Shown: positions 56,259 through 64,000 of the stretch, in pieces
How the letters are laid out: every line of letters begins with the position of its first letter
How positions within the stretch are numbered: position 1 is the first letter of the stretch
Source of the DNA: an uncultured Clostridia bacterium
GTDB taxonomy: Bacteria; Bacillota; Clostridia; Oscillospirales; CAG-272
Assembly: GCA_945929845.1 (NCBI GenBank)
Contig: CAMEON010000004.1
Coordinates: 708-64,707 of the forward strand
Reading direction: 5' to 3'
DNA length: 64,000 nucleotides
Notes under the pieces: model-generated
What the model saw: the letters and a program-made list of their open reading frames with translations, nothing else
What the model was told of the DNA's origin: nothing
Databases searched by the model: none
Position numbers and translations under genes: made by a program

Positions 56259-57035
56259 ATGAGGACAATGCAAAAGATTGCTATCCTGTTACTGCTCGCC
56301 CTTTCTTTGCTGGCTGTGAATGCCTGCCAGTGGGGCACAGTGCCTAGTCAGGAGAGCGGGACGATGACCGAAAATGTGAATCCGGAGACGGAGGCACAAA
56401 CCACACGCAGTCAGATGATTTTGGATGCGCAGAATCAGGCGGAAGTGATGGATGAACTGACGGTGCCAACGCTTGTATTTATGTACTCTCTGACTGCGCA
56501 TATGGATCAGCCTGTATATATACCGCAAATGTCTCGCCACCAGCCCTTGTGTAAGCCCAAAGGATGGGATTCATACATGATGGACGAGGAGCATACTGTT
56601 TGCGTGCTACAGACGAAGGATGCGGAAGGTAAGGCCTACAACCTGCACCTGATATACGGCCCCAACAACCCGAACGATCCGTTGTCTCCGTACGCCACAG
56701 AGAATGAGGATGAGAACTGGGTACTTTCCGGAAAGTATCTATTCACCTCCTCCGTCTCCGCCACCGCCGACACAACGCTTCTGAAGCCAGGCGTCTCGGT
56801 GCGCTCTCTCTTGGACAGCTTCCCGGAGCTGGGGCTATACTGCAAGGTGGATGACCGGTTCCCCTTCCAGGTCAGCGGTGATGTGTACGCCGGCCCCGCC
56901 GTGCTCATGGTCAACGAGGGCTTCTTCCTCATCACCACCGAACTGTCGGAGGACGGCACGGATGTGCTGATCAAGGAGGTCACGAAGCAGGACACGCTGA
57001 CTTACCAAGACCTGTGTGGGCTGTACGGCTCGTAA
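56259..57035 (+). CDS. lipoprotein B (paralog of A)
   Basis: Start is residue 13 of ORF 56223..57035, after GAGAGGAG. The signal peptide MRTMQKIAILLLLALSLLAVNAC has a lipobox. The N-terminal half is divergent and the C-terminal domain is conserved. Confidence 0.75.
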   Translation: MRTMQKIAILLLLALSLLAVNACQWGTVPSQESGTMTENVNPETEAQTTRSQMILDAQNQAEVMDELTVPTLVFMYSLTAHMDQPVYIPQMSRHQPLCKPKGWDSYMMDEEHTVCVLQTKDAEGKAYNLHLIYGPNNPNDPLSPYATENEDENWVLSGKYLFTSSVSATADTTLLKPGVSVRSLLDSFPELGLYCKVDDRFPFQVSGDVYAGPAVLMVNEGFFLITTELSEDGTDVLIKEVTKQDTLTYQDLCGLYGS

Positions 57036-57121
57036 GATGGGCAGGACACTATCCGGTTCTGCCGGGCATGAGCGGCGAGCGCATATTCATGCGTGCATGA
57101 TCTGAATCAGGAGGTTGCGAG

Positions 57122-58087
57122 ATGAGGATAAAGAAAATCCGTTTTGGTTGTTGCGCCCTTGGCATACTTCTTCTGCTTTCCTTTATGGCCGGATGCACAC
57201 AGTCTGCACCGTCGGAATCAGAAACCCCAGTGCAGGAGATGGATGTGCCGGATTCTGTGAAATGGTACCACTATATGGAACAGTTCTCAGTACTTTTCCC
57301 CCGGGTTCCGGACGGCTTCTTGCAGGCCGGCCTCGCCACCTATGAGAATGTTCCCCTGAGCCGGATGACCGTGCATCCGTATGAACAGGTCTTCTGCACG
57401 GATGAACGGGCAAATTCCCTATACGGCCTGACCGGTGTGTCCATGGTCATGGATCTGCCGAAGCTGACCGACCGCTGGCCAGTGGAACGGCTGGAAATGC
57501 TGGACGAGGACCATATCTGCGTCACCTACGCTTTTTCCGATGAGAATACCGACATCGGGCGGTTTTACCTGTACGGTATCTTCACACGCTCTGTTCACGG
57601 CATGACCCCGGACGGCACGGCAGAATACGAAGACTGGAGCATGAAGTACAACGAAAGGTACTATTGCTCAAAGAGCCTGTCCTATCAGGATTATCAGGGC
57701 ATTCAGGCAGGCGATCCACTGGAAGCGGTGGCGCAGATCGACCCAACCGTTTATATTGAACAGCAGGAAAATACCTCGGAATATTACAGATTTGATACCG
57801 GTTCGGTCATCAAATGGACTCCCCCGGATCAAGACACCATCATAAGGGGTACGCCCAAGGAGGGTAGCCCGGGAGAGTTGGTACGGAGTTTCCGGTCATA
57901 TCGCCTGCTGACAGACGGAGTGCTGGTCATTTCCTTCCGTGCGGACTGCATCCGTTACAACGCAGAAGGAGAAAATGATTTTGGAGACTTCCAGGTGGTT
58001 CAAACCACCTTCTATCCGTACGGTTCGGAGGAGGCACCTGCCTATGCCGCCGTCCTGTCCTGCCGGGAAAAGCCCACACTTCCGTAA
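57122..58087 (+). CDS. lipoprotein C, unknown function
   Basis: AGGAGG precedes the start. The signal peptide MRIKKIRFGCCALGILLLLSFMAGC has a lipobox. Confidence 0.75.
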   Translation: MRIKKIRFGCCALGILLLLSFMAGCTQSAPSESETPVQEMDVPDSVKWYHYMEQFSVLFPRVPDGFLQAGLATYENVPLSRMTVHPYEQVFCTDERANSLYGLTGVSMVMDLPKLTDRWPVERLEMLDEDHICVTYAFSDENTDIGRFYLYGIFTRSVHGMTPDGTAEYEDWSMKYNERYYCSKSLSYQDYQGIQAGDPLEAVAQIDPTVYIEQQENTSEYYRFDTGSVIKWTPPDQDTIIRGTPKEGSPGELVRSFRSYRLLTDGVLVISFRADCIRYNAEGENDFGDFQVVQTTFYPYGSEEAPAYAAVLSCREKPTLP

Positions 58088-58343
58088 CATGCAGGACATG
58101 ACTGCGGGCGTTGAACTTCAGCCATAACCGATCATTCCCCCCGCTGTCCCGGAAACGGAACGGCGGGGGCTTTCTGTCCCGCCCGGTCTGCGCCTGGGGC
58201 TGGTAGAATAACTTCACATTCGCTTGAAGAATGTTTACAATCTGTTGGTTGTATTTGGACGGTATTTGCGGTATGATATAAGGAGAGAGTCCGGCCTGAT
58301 GCCAAAAACGATGGATGCCGTGAGAAAGGAGACCCGTGACTGT

Positions 58344-59306
58344 ATGTTCGGTTATGTGAGAACCTGGCCCCCGGAGCTACGGGGGCGGGAGCAGGAATAC
58401 TATAGGGGCGTGTACTGCGGGCTTTGCCGTGCCCAGGGCAAGTGTACCGGTACCTGCTCACGGGCCATGCTGAATTATGATATGACCTTCATGGCACTGG
58501 TGCGCCTGGCTCTGACCGGAGAGACCCCTGTCTTTACCCGGCGGCGTTGCGTGGTGCATCCTGTCCATTGGCGGGTCATGGCAGAGCCGAATGCCTCGCT
58601 GACCATGACAGCCCTTTGCAGTGCCCTCCTGACCTACCATAAGGTAGCCGATGACAAGGCGGACGAGACTGGCCTTCGCTTTATCCGGGCGGAGGCGGTC
58701 ACGCCCGTGGTAGCCGGGGCACGCCGCCGGGCTATGAGGCGGATGGCGGACGGACAGAAGCCGCAGGGTGAGGGAATCACACCGGACGGGACGGCGTTGG
58801 ATAAACTGGTCGCCGATTGTATGAAGGCACTGGCCGAGACCGAGAGCAAACGGCCCCCGTCGGTGGATCAGCCCGCCGAGCTGTTCGGGGTGATGATGGG
58901 GGATATGCTTGCCTTCGGGCTGGAGGGAGATGCCGCTCGGTTGGCTCGGGACATCGGCCGTCACACAGGCAGGTGGGTGTACATCCTGGACGCCGCCGAC
59001 GACTACGAGGAGGATGTCCGCCGGAAGCGGTATAACCCCTATGTCTGCCTGTACGGGGAGGGAATGACTACCCTGCCGGAGGAGAGGAAACAGGAGATAC
59101 GGACGGCCCTCATCGGGGAGCTGGTGGAAATAGAGGCCGCTTTTGACCTGATGGAGATCCCCGACCGGAACCTGGACGGCGTGTTGCGGAACATCCTGTA
59201 CGAGGGGATGCCCCGGGTGGCAGACCGTGTCCTGTGGGGGGAGCCGGAAAAGCATGACCCGTCCGGGGCGGGTGAACCGTCCGGTGGGAAAACCTCCGGT
59301 GCGTGA
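58344..59306 (+). CDS. DUF5685 family protein
   Basis: Start is residue 41 of ORF 58224..59306, after AAAGGAGA. MFGYVRTWPPELRGREQEYYRGVYCGLCRAQGKCTGTCSRAMLNYDMTF matches my recollection of DUF5685. Confidence 0.7.
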   Translation: MFGYVRTWPPELRGREQEYYRGVYCGLCRAQGKCTGTCSRAMLNYDMTFMALVRLALTGETPVFTRRRCVVHPVHWRVMAEPNASLTMTALCSALLTYHKVADDKADETGLRFIRAEAVTPVVAGARRRAMRRMADGQKPQGEGITPDGTALDKLVADCMKALAETESKRPPSVDQPAELFGVMMGDMLAFGLEGDAARLARDIGRHTGRWVYILDAADDYEEDVRRKRYNPYVCLYGEGMTTLPEERKQEIRTALIGELVEIEAAFDLMEIPDRNLDGVLRNILYEGMPRVADRVLWGEPEKHDPSGAGEPSGGKTSGA

Positions 59307-59339
59307 AGTGAAATTGCCAAGGAAAGGTATGGAACATAT

Positions 59340-60008
59340 ATGAAGGATCCGTATCAGGTGTTGGGCGTGTCCCCAACGGCTACCGATGAGGAGATCAAGG
59401 CCGCCTACCGGAATCTGGCCCGGAAGTACCATCCGGACAAGTACCGTGACAGCGACCTGGCCGACATGGCCGAGGAGAAGATGAAGGAGATCAACCAAGC
59501 CTACGACGAGATCAAGAAGATGCGGGCCGGTGGAGCGACGGGGAACCGGGGGCAGGGAAGTGCCGGCTATGGCTACGCCGGACAGAGCGGCGGCTATTCC
59601 CAGGGCTACACCGGGGAGGACTGGCAGAAGTACGCAAACGGCGGCTACTCCGGCCCGGAGGTGTACTACTGCGTCCGCCAGTTGATCAACGCCGGACGGA
59701 TACGGGAGGCCGAGGCGGTTCTCCAGGCTGTCGCCGAGGGAGACCGTGGCGCAGAATGGAATTTCCTCATGGGATGCGTGGCTCTGCGCCGCAGGTACTA
59801 TGTGGATGCCCAGCAGTTTTTTGATACTGCCTGCGGCATGGATCCGGGGAATCAGGAGTACCGGGCCGCCCAGGCACGCCTGCGGGAGAGAACCGGGAGC
59901 TTCGGTGGAGCCGGTGTCACGGACAACGATGGCTGCTCCCCCTGCTCTCTCTGCATGGGGTTGGCTTGCCTGGATTGTTGCTGTGATATGCGGCACGGCC
60001 ACTGCTGA
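59340..60008 (+). CDS. J-domain protein with a Cys-cluster C-terminus
   Basis: [33 protein letters not shown] contains the HPD motif. The last 25 aa, [25 protein letters not shown], contain 9 Cys. Confidence 0.85.
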   Translation: MKDPYQVLGVSPTATDEEIKAAYRNLARKYHPDKYRDSDLADMAEEKMKEINQAYDEIKKMRAGGATGNRGQGSAGYGYAGQSGGYSQGYTGEDWQKYANGGYSGPEVYYCVRQLINAGRIREAEAVLQAVAEGDRGAEWNFLMGCVALRRRYYVDAQQFFDTACGMDPGNQEYRAAQARLRERTGSFGGAGVTDNDGCSPCSLCMGLACLDCCCDMRHGHC

Positions 60009-60019
60009 CGGAGGCACCC

Positions 60020-60709
60020 ATGGAACCGAACAGAAAGGGGGAAATCCCCCCGACCCGCCGGTCGCCGGAGGGGGATAACCACAACTCGCCGGACAACTCC
60101 CCCGCCGCCGGGCGACAGACTCCGGGGGGAGGGAGACGGAGCCGCCGCTCCCATACCACCTACCGCATGGCTGTTTCGGCCATATTCTGCGCCCTGGGCG
60201 TGGTGGTGCTGGGGTTGGGAGCCTTGGTGGAGGTCATCGACATGACCGCCGCCGCCCTGGCCGCCCTGTTGTTTCTGCCCATCCTGTACCGCTACGGCAA
60301 TGGGTACGCCCTGCTTTGCTGGGGGGTGACGGCGATCCTTGGCGTGATGCTCATGCCCCAGAACCTGGCCTCCTGGCTGTACCTCTGCCTGTTGGGCTAC
60401 TACCCGGTGCTGAAACAGCGGCTGGATCGTCTGCCCCGGCTTCTGGCCGTCCTCTCCAAGCTGGCCCTGGTGCTGGTGGCGCTGGGCTTCTACCTGTTGC
60501 TGTTCTGGCTGATCATGATGAACGGGGAGGGAACCCTTGCGGAGATCTTTGTCACCGGCTTTGGCGAGGGGGAGGGAAGCACCTGGATGGCCTGGATCCT
60601 TGTGGGGCTCTGTATCATGACCTTCTTCATATTCGACCTGCTGATAGACAAGCTGTCTGTCCTGTACCGCCTCCGGTGGCGCAAGCGGGTGGAAAAGTGG
60701 CTGAAATAA
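60020..60709 (+). CDS. membrane protein with a disordered basic N-terminus, unknown function
   Basis: GGAGG lies 6 nt upstream. The first ~50 aa are Pro/Arg/Gly-rich and are followed by about 5 TM segments. Confidence 0.6.
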   Translation: MEPNRKGEIPPTRRSPEGDNHNSPDNSPAAGRQTPGGGRRSRRSHTTYRMAVSAIFCALGVVVLGLGALVEVIDMTAAALAALLFLPILYRYGNGYALLCWGVTAILGVMLMPQNLASWLYLCLLGYYPVLKQRLDRLPRLLAVLSKLALVLVALGFYLLLFWLIMMNGEGTLAEIFVTGFGEGEGSTWMAWILVGLCIMTFFIFDLLIDKLSVLYRLRWRKRVEKWLK

Positions 60710-60716
60710 AAAAGGA

Positions 60717-60750
60717 ACCGTGCGGAAACTGTCTCCCGCACGGTCTTTTT
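60717..60750. terminator. bidirectional terminator between the membrane gene and cotJC
   Basis: ACCGTGCGG-aaactgtctc-CCGCACGGT has AAAAA on the left and TTTTT on the right. Confidence 0.75.
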
Positions 60751-60754
60751 CCTG

Positions 60755-61399
60755 TCAGTTCCTGTGTTCCCTGGCTTCTGCTGCCCAGGCTTCCTTGTCC
60801 TCCATGTTGTCAAAGGCCGGGTTATAGGCATAGAAATTCCGGCCATCCATCCCGTCCTGGGTGATGCGCAGGGCATCGGCGAAACGCTGGTAGTGTACGA
60901 TCTCCCGCTCCCGCAGGAAGCGGATGGGATCACGCACATCCGGGTCATCGCACAACCGCAGGATGTTGTCATAGGTCAGGCGTGCCTTCTGCTCGGCCGC
61001 CATATCCTCATGCAGATCAGCCAGCGGGTCGCCCTTGACACCGATATACTTCATGTCGTAGGGGACGCCGGAGGCCGCAATGGGGTACACGGCGGTGGTG
61101 TGATCCACAAAGTAGTTGGCATACGGCCCCTCGGCGATCTCATGCGCCTTCAGACACCGGGTGAGCTGGTATACGATGGCAGAAACCATCTCCACATGAG
61201 CCAGCTCCTCAGTCCCAATGTCCGTAAGAAGACCTGTCACTCTCTTGTCCGGCATGGTGTACCGTTGGTTCAGGTAGCGCATGGATGCGCCGATCTCTCC
61301 GTCCGGGCCGCCCAGCTGGGAGATGATGATCTGAGCCATATGGGGATTCGGATTCTTGATCTTCACCGGATACTGGAGTTTCTTTTCATAAACCCACAT
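60755..61399 (-). CDS. cotJC: manganese-catalase-family spore coat protein CotJC
   Basis: MWVYEKKLQYPVKIKNPNPHMAQIIISQLGGPDGEIGASMRYLNQRY...GTEELAHVEMV is typical of CotJC. Confidence 0.9.
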   Translation of the reverse strand: MWVYEKKLQYPVKIKNPNPHMAQIIISQLGGPDGEIGASMRYLNQRYTMPDKRVTGLLTDIGTEELAHVEMVSAIVYQLTRCLKAHEIAEGPYANYFVDHTTAVYPIAASGVPYDMKYIGVKGDPLADLHEDMAAEQKARLTYDNILRLCDDPDVRDPIRFLREREIVHYQRFADALRITQDGMDGRNFYAYNPAFDNMEDKEAWAAEAREHRN

Positions 61400-61411
61400 A
61401 TCGCTTCCTCC

Positions 61412-62230
61412 TTACTTGTTGGCCCGGATGTCCCAGGGGTACGGCTCGTTGACCCAATCCCACTGGGTGCAGCTCCTGTTCCCACGGAAGGTCAGGGGGC
61501 CGATCTCTGCTTCATACTTTTCTGCGGCGACCCGGCGCTGTTCCAGCAGACGGTGGTACAGCTCCAGGGCCTGGCAGTCATCACAGTAGGCATCCAGGTA
61601 CAGGGTCACTTCAAACAGGGCGAAGTCCAGTGCCTGTATGGTGTCCAGCAAGGACTCCCCGTTGCAACCCTCCTGTTCTCTGCCACAACCACAGCTTCTT
61701 TCCCTTGCGGAACGGCCGTTGTCGTTGTCTCTGCCACAGCCACAGCTTCTCTCGCTTGCGGAACGGTCATTGTCATCATAGCTGTTGCCGTTTCGTCCGG
61801 CGCAACAGTTACCCAGCCCCGTCCGGGGCATACCATATCCATTGAGACAGCAGGCACCAAAGCGGGATACCGATCCTACGCCGCCGGTCGGCCCCATCCG
61901 GCCCACCCCATTGGGGAAGCCATACACCGGGCCACGGTTGCGGTCGTTGTCTCGGCCACTGTTGCATCCGCATCTGCGGTTTTCGGAGTGCTCTCCCTCC
62001 CGGCTGTTGCCGCATCTGTTATCCCGGCATTGTCTCATGCTACAGTCGTCTCTGCCCCTGCGGTCATCGCCGTCTCTCCGAACCTGTCCGTACCTGTTTT
62101 CCATGTCACTCCGGTTCCGGTCTGCATAGCGCAAACGGTCAGTGTCCTCACGGCGAGCGGTGTTGCGATCCGTGTCGGATCCGTCCAGGAGCTGTCCGTT
62201 ACAGCTCCGTCTCACAGTTTCATCAAGCAT
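61412..62230 (-). CDS. cotJB: spore coat protein CotJB with a ~195-aa Arg/Asp/Asn/Gly/Cys-rich N-terminal extension
   Basis: The C-terminal 80 aa, LLDTIQALDFALFEVTLYLDAYCDDCQALELYHRLLEQRRVAAEKYEAEIGPLTF, form the CotJB domain. I place the start at residue 35 of ORF 61412..62332, 20 nt after the cotJA stop. Confidence 0.7.
   Translation of the reverse strand: MLDETVRRSCNGQLLDGSDTDRNTARREDTDRLRYADRNRSDMENRYGQVRRDGDDRRGRDDCSMRQCRDNRCGNSREGEHSENRRCGCNSGRDNDRNRGPVYGFPNGVGRMGPTGGVGSVSRFGACCLNGYGMPRTGLGNCCAGRNGNSYDDNDRSASERSCGCGRDNDNGRSARERSCGCGREQEGCNGESLLDTIQALDFALFEVTLYLDAYCDDCQALELYHRLLEQRRVAAEKYEAEIGPLTFRGNRSCTQWDWVNEPYPWDIRANK
61680..61779. repeat. tandem ~50-bp repeat inside the cotJB extension
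   Basis: CTGCCACAACCACAGCTTCTTTCCCTTGCGGAACGGCCGTTGTCGTTGTCT is followed by CTGCCACAGCCACAGCTTCTCTCGCTTGCGGAACGGTCATTGTCATCAT. They encode ...RSCGCGRDND... twice. Confidence 0.8.
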
Positions 62231-62252
62231 AACTGTATCACCTCTGCCTTTC

Positions 62253-62588
62253 TCAGCGGCTTCTGTTGCCACAGCCGCAACCACAGCCACTGCGCCCACG
62301 CCGTTCCTCGCCGCACCGGGAGCCACAGCCACCGGTGTTCCGTCCGCCGTATGCCGCCTCTAGGGGCAGATCCAGCTCACAGAACATAGTCCCCCGGTGC
62401 AGTGCTGTCCGGGGGTCGTACAGTCCACGGAAGCTCTGCATGGGAGCGTATGCCATGGCGAGAGGATACTCATATATTCCCCAGTGTTCCCGCTGGCACG
62501 CCTGGGGGCAGGGCTGGTGACATCCGCAGGAACCGTCATTCTGCGATTCTCTGGCGGCGTACATCAGACCGCCTTGTCTGTTTTCCAT
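62253..62588 (-). CDS. cotJA: spore coat-associated protein CotJA with a Gly/Cys/Arg-rich tail
   Basis: PLAMAYAPMQSFRGLYDPRTALHRGTMFCELDLP is the CotJA core. AAAGGAGGAACAA precedes the ATG. The tail reads GGCGSRCGEERRGRSGCGCGCGNRSR. Confidence 0.8.
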   Translation of the reverse strand: MENRQGGLMYAARESQNDGSCGCHQPCPQACQREHWGIYEYPLAMAYAPMQSFRGLYDPRTALHRGTMFCELDLPLEAAYGGRNTGGCGSRCGEERRGRSGCGCGCGNRSR

Positions 62589-62865
62589 CGTTGTTCCTCC
62601 TTTGTTTGGTTTGTGTGCCCGGGCGGGGGATGGTCTGACTGACCTTCAGAAAGACAGTCAGTCAGATGTGCGACCCCCGACCCGGCCCCCGCACCGGGGT
62701 GGAATGACCCCGGCACGGGTCACTGACAGTATATGTCGGATGCTGTCGGCAGGTGTCGAAACGCTGATCCTTTGCGGAAACAGTACCGTATATGCATGTG
62801 CATCTGTTTTGAAAGCTCCCCCAGGCGTTCTCCCGTATCTCTTACCCGGAAATAGGCGAAAAACA

Positions 62866-62894
62866 TTGACATCCAAGCGTTTTCATGTTATAAT
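62866..62894 (+). promoter_or_regulatory. consensus sigma-A promoter (TTGACA-17 nt-TATAAT)
   Basis: TTGACA at 62866-71 and TATAAT at 62889-94. This excludes the in-frame ATG at 62893 as a start. Confidence 0.7.
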
Positions 62895-62919
62895 GGAGAA
62901 AACCGATGGGGGAGATGCC

Positions 62920-63888
62920 ATGAAGAAGGATCTGCGGCCAGATATCTGGTCTGTCATAGCCGCCTACGGGCGCATCATCATACACCGCCACCAGAGTCCG
63001 GATGGAGATGCCATCGGGGCGCAAGTGGGCCTGAAACACATCATACAAGAGAATTACCCCGACAAGGAGGTGTACACGGTGGGCGACCCTGCCGGGCGGT
63101 ACGCCTTCATGGACGACGCTGTCATGGATGACATTCCGGACAGCCGGTATGAGGGGGCACTGGCTGTCATCCTGGACACGGGCTCTGCCGCCCTGATCAG
63201 CGACACAAGGTACACCCTGGCCGCCGATACCCTTCGCATTGACCATCACCTGTTCTGCGGGCCCATTGCCAGGGTGGAGGTGGTGGAGACGGGGTACGAA
63301 AGCTGTTGTGGCCTTATCACGGCGCTGGCCGTGGAGGCGGGCTTGAGGATCCCGCCGCTGGCCGCCAAGTCACTGTTCACCGGCATCGTCACAGATTCCG
63401 GCCGGTTCCGCTACGATTCCGTGACGCCGGAGACCTTCCGGCTGGCCGCCTGCCTGCTGGAGCAATCCTTCAACCCCGGGGATATATACCGCAACCTGTA
63501 CAGCGATGACCTGGACGCTGTGAAGGCCCGAGCCGCCTTCGTGCAAAAGATCAAACTGACCACCCACGGCGTGGCCTACATCTACACCACCAAAGAGGAA
63601 ATGGCCGCCCTGGGCATGAGCACCTTTGCGGTGTCCCGTGGCATGGTCAACACCATGGCGGACATCCGGGGGGTGAACATCTGGGTCAACTTCACCGAGA
63701 CGGAGGACGGGGTGCTGTGCGAGTTGCGTTCCGGGACATGCAACATCAACCCGGTGGCCGTCCGGTATGGCGGCGGGGGGCACCCCAAGGCCAGCGGGGC
63801 TACAGTGAAGGACAGAGACACGGCTATGGCCATGCTGAATGACCTGGATGCCCTGTCCGGGCAGGCCAGTCCTAAGAAAGGGAAATAG
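62920..63888 (+). CDS. DHH-family phosphoesterase (NrnA-like)
   Basis: Start is residue 107 of ORF 62602..63888. The product reads IIIHRHQSPDGDAIGAQVGL (DHH motif I region), ...AVILDTGSA..., ...RIDHH.... Confidence 0.8.
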   Translation: MKKDLRPDIWSVIAAYGRIIIHRHQSPDGDAIGAQVGLKHIIQENYPDKEVYTVGDPAGRYAFMDDAVMDDIPDSRYEGALAVILDTGSAALISDTRYTLAADTLRIDHHLFCGPIARVEVVETGYESCCGLITALAVEAGLRIPPLAAKSLFTGIVTDSGRFRYDSVTPETFRLAACLLEQSFNPGDIYRNLYSDDLDAVKARAAFVQKIKLTTHGVAYIYTTKEEMAALGMSTFAVSRGMVNTMADIRGVNIWVNFTETEDGVLCELRSGTCNINPVAVRYGGGGHPKASGATVKDRDTAMAMLNDLDALSGQASPKKGK

Positions 63889-63895
63889 GTAAGTC

Positions 63896-64000
63896 ATGAA
63901 TCAGGAAATTAAGGAACAGATATTGCAGAAGATCAAGGATTACCACCGCATCATCCTGTCCAGACACATCCGTCCGGACGGGGATGCCGTTGGCTCGACG
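63896..64000 (+). CDS. second DHH-family phosphoesterase, 5' fragment running off the right edge
   Basis: Not in the ORF track. The ATG at 63896 gives MNQEIKEQILQKIKDYHRIILSRHIRPDGDAVGST, the same N-terminal DHH motif as the preceding gene. Confidence 0.7.
   Translation, partial: MNQEIKEQILQKIKDYHRIILSRHIRPDGDAVGST

Overview
This 64-kb window looks like chromosome from a high-G+C, endospore-forming Clostridia-type Firmicute. Hand counts on sampled coding lines give about 60% G+C. The gene content resembles Oscillospiraceae or Ruminococcaceae, but that placement is inference. I can support about 50 protein genes and one tRNA-Gly(CCC). I see no rRNA, no CRISPR array, and no transposase, integrase or phage structural gene. 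Most genes are housekeeping: trmB, a frame-broken ychF, secA, pcrA, trmL, nnr, bioY, a PTS EIICB, a GH78 rhamnosidase and an M16 peptidase. There is a sporulation set: spoVAD-spoVAE, pro-sigma-K and cotJABC. There is a lipid module, degV-yloV(fakA-type)-plsY, and a second plsY co-oriented with a two-component system and an HprK-like P-loop protein. Other groups are a MoxR-DUF58-DUF4129 operon, tandem ZIP metal transporters behind an HMA protein, a cluster of paralogous lipoproteins, and a DUF5685/J-domain/membrane triad. The most unusual content is non-genic. Nearly every long intergenic gap holds interspersed repeats of three kinds: (C) a 140-162 bp TIR-bounded, TA-flanked MITE-like element in 5 copies; (E) mosaic clusters of GTAG-headed GC-rich palindromic units at 4 loci, REP/BIME-like; and (D) a ~250 bp element in 2 full copies plus fragments, bounded by TTACAGTTCA inverted repeats, whose internal hairpin shows compensatory changes. 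Other oddities are an AT-rich secreted-protein gene that replaced a lipoprotein paralog inside a duplicated promoter/terminator scaffold, Cys/Arg/Asp-rich low-complexity extensions on CotJA and CotJB, a Gln/Asn-repeat micro-ORF, and a CHAP surface protein with a Cys-containing C-terminal anchor signal. I found no clear, self-contained novel system such as a defense island. The candidates below are hypotheses ranked by interest. All family assignments come from motif recognition by eye, not from searches. Internal start sites were chosen from RBS position and derived from ORF-track coordinates.
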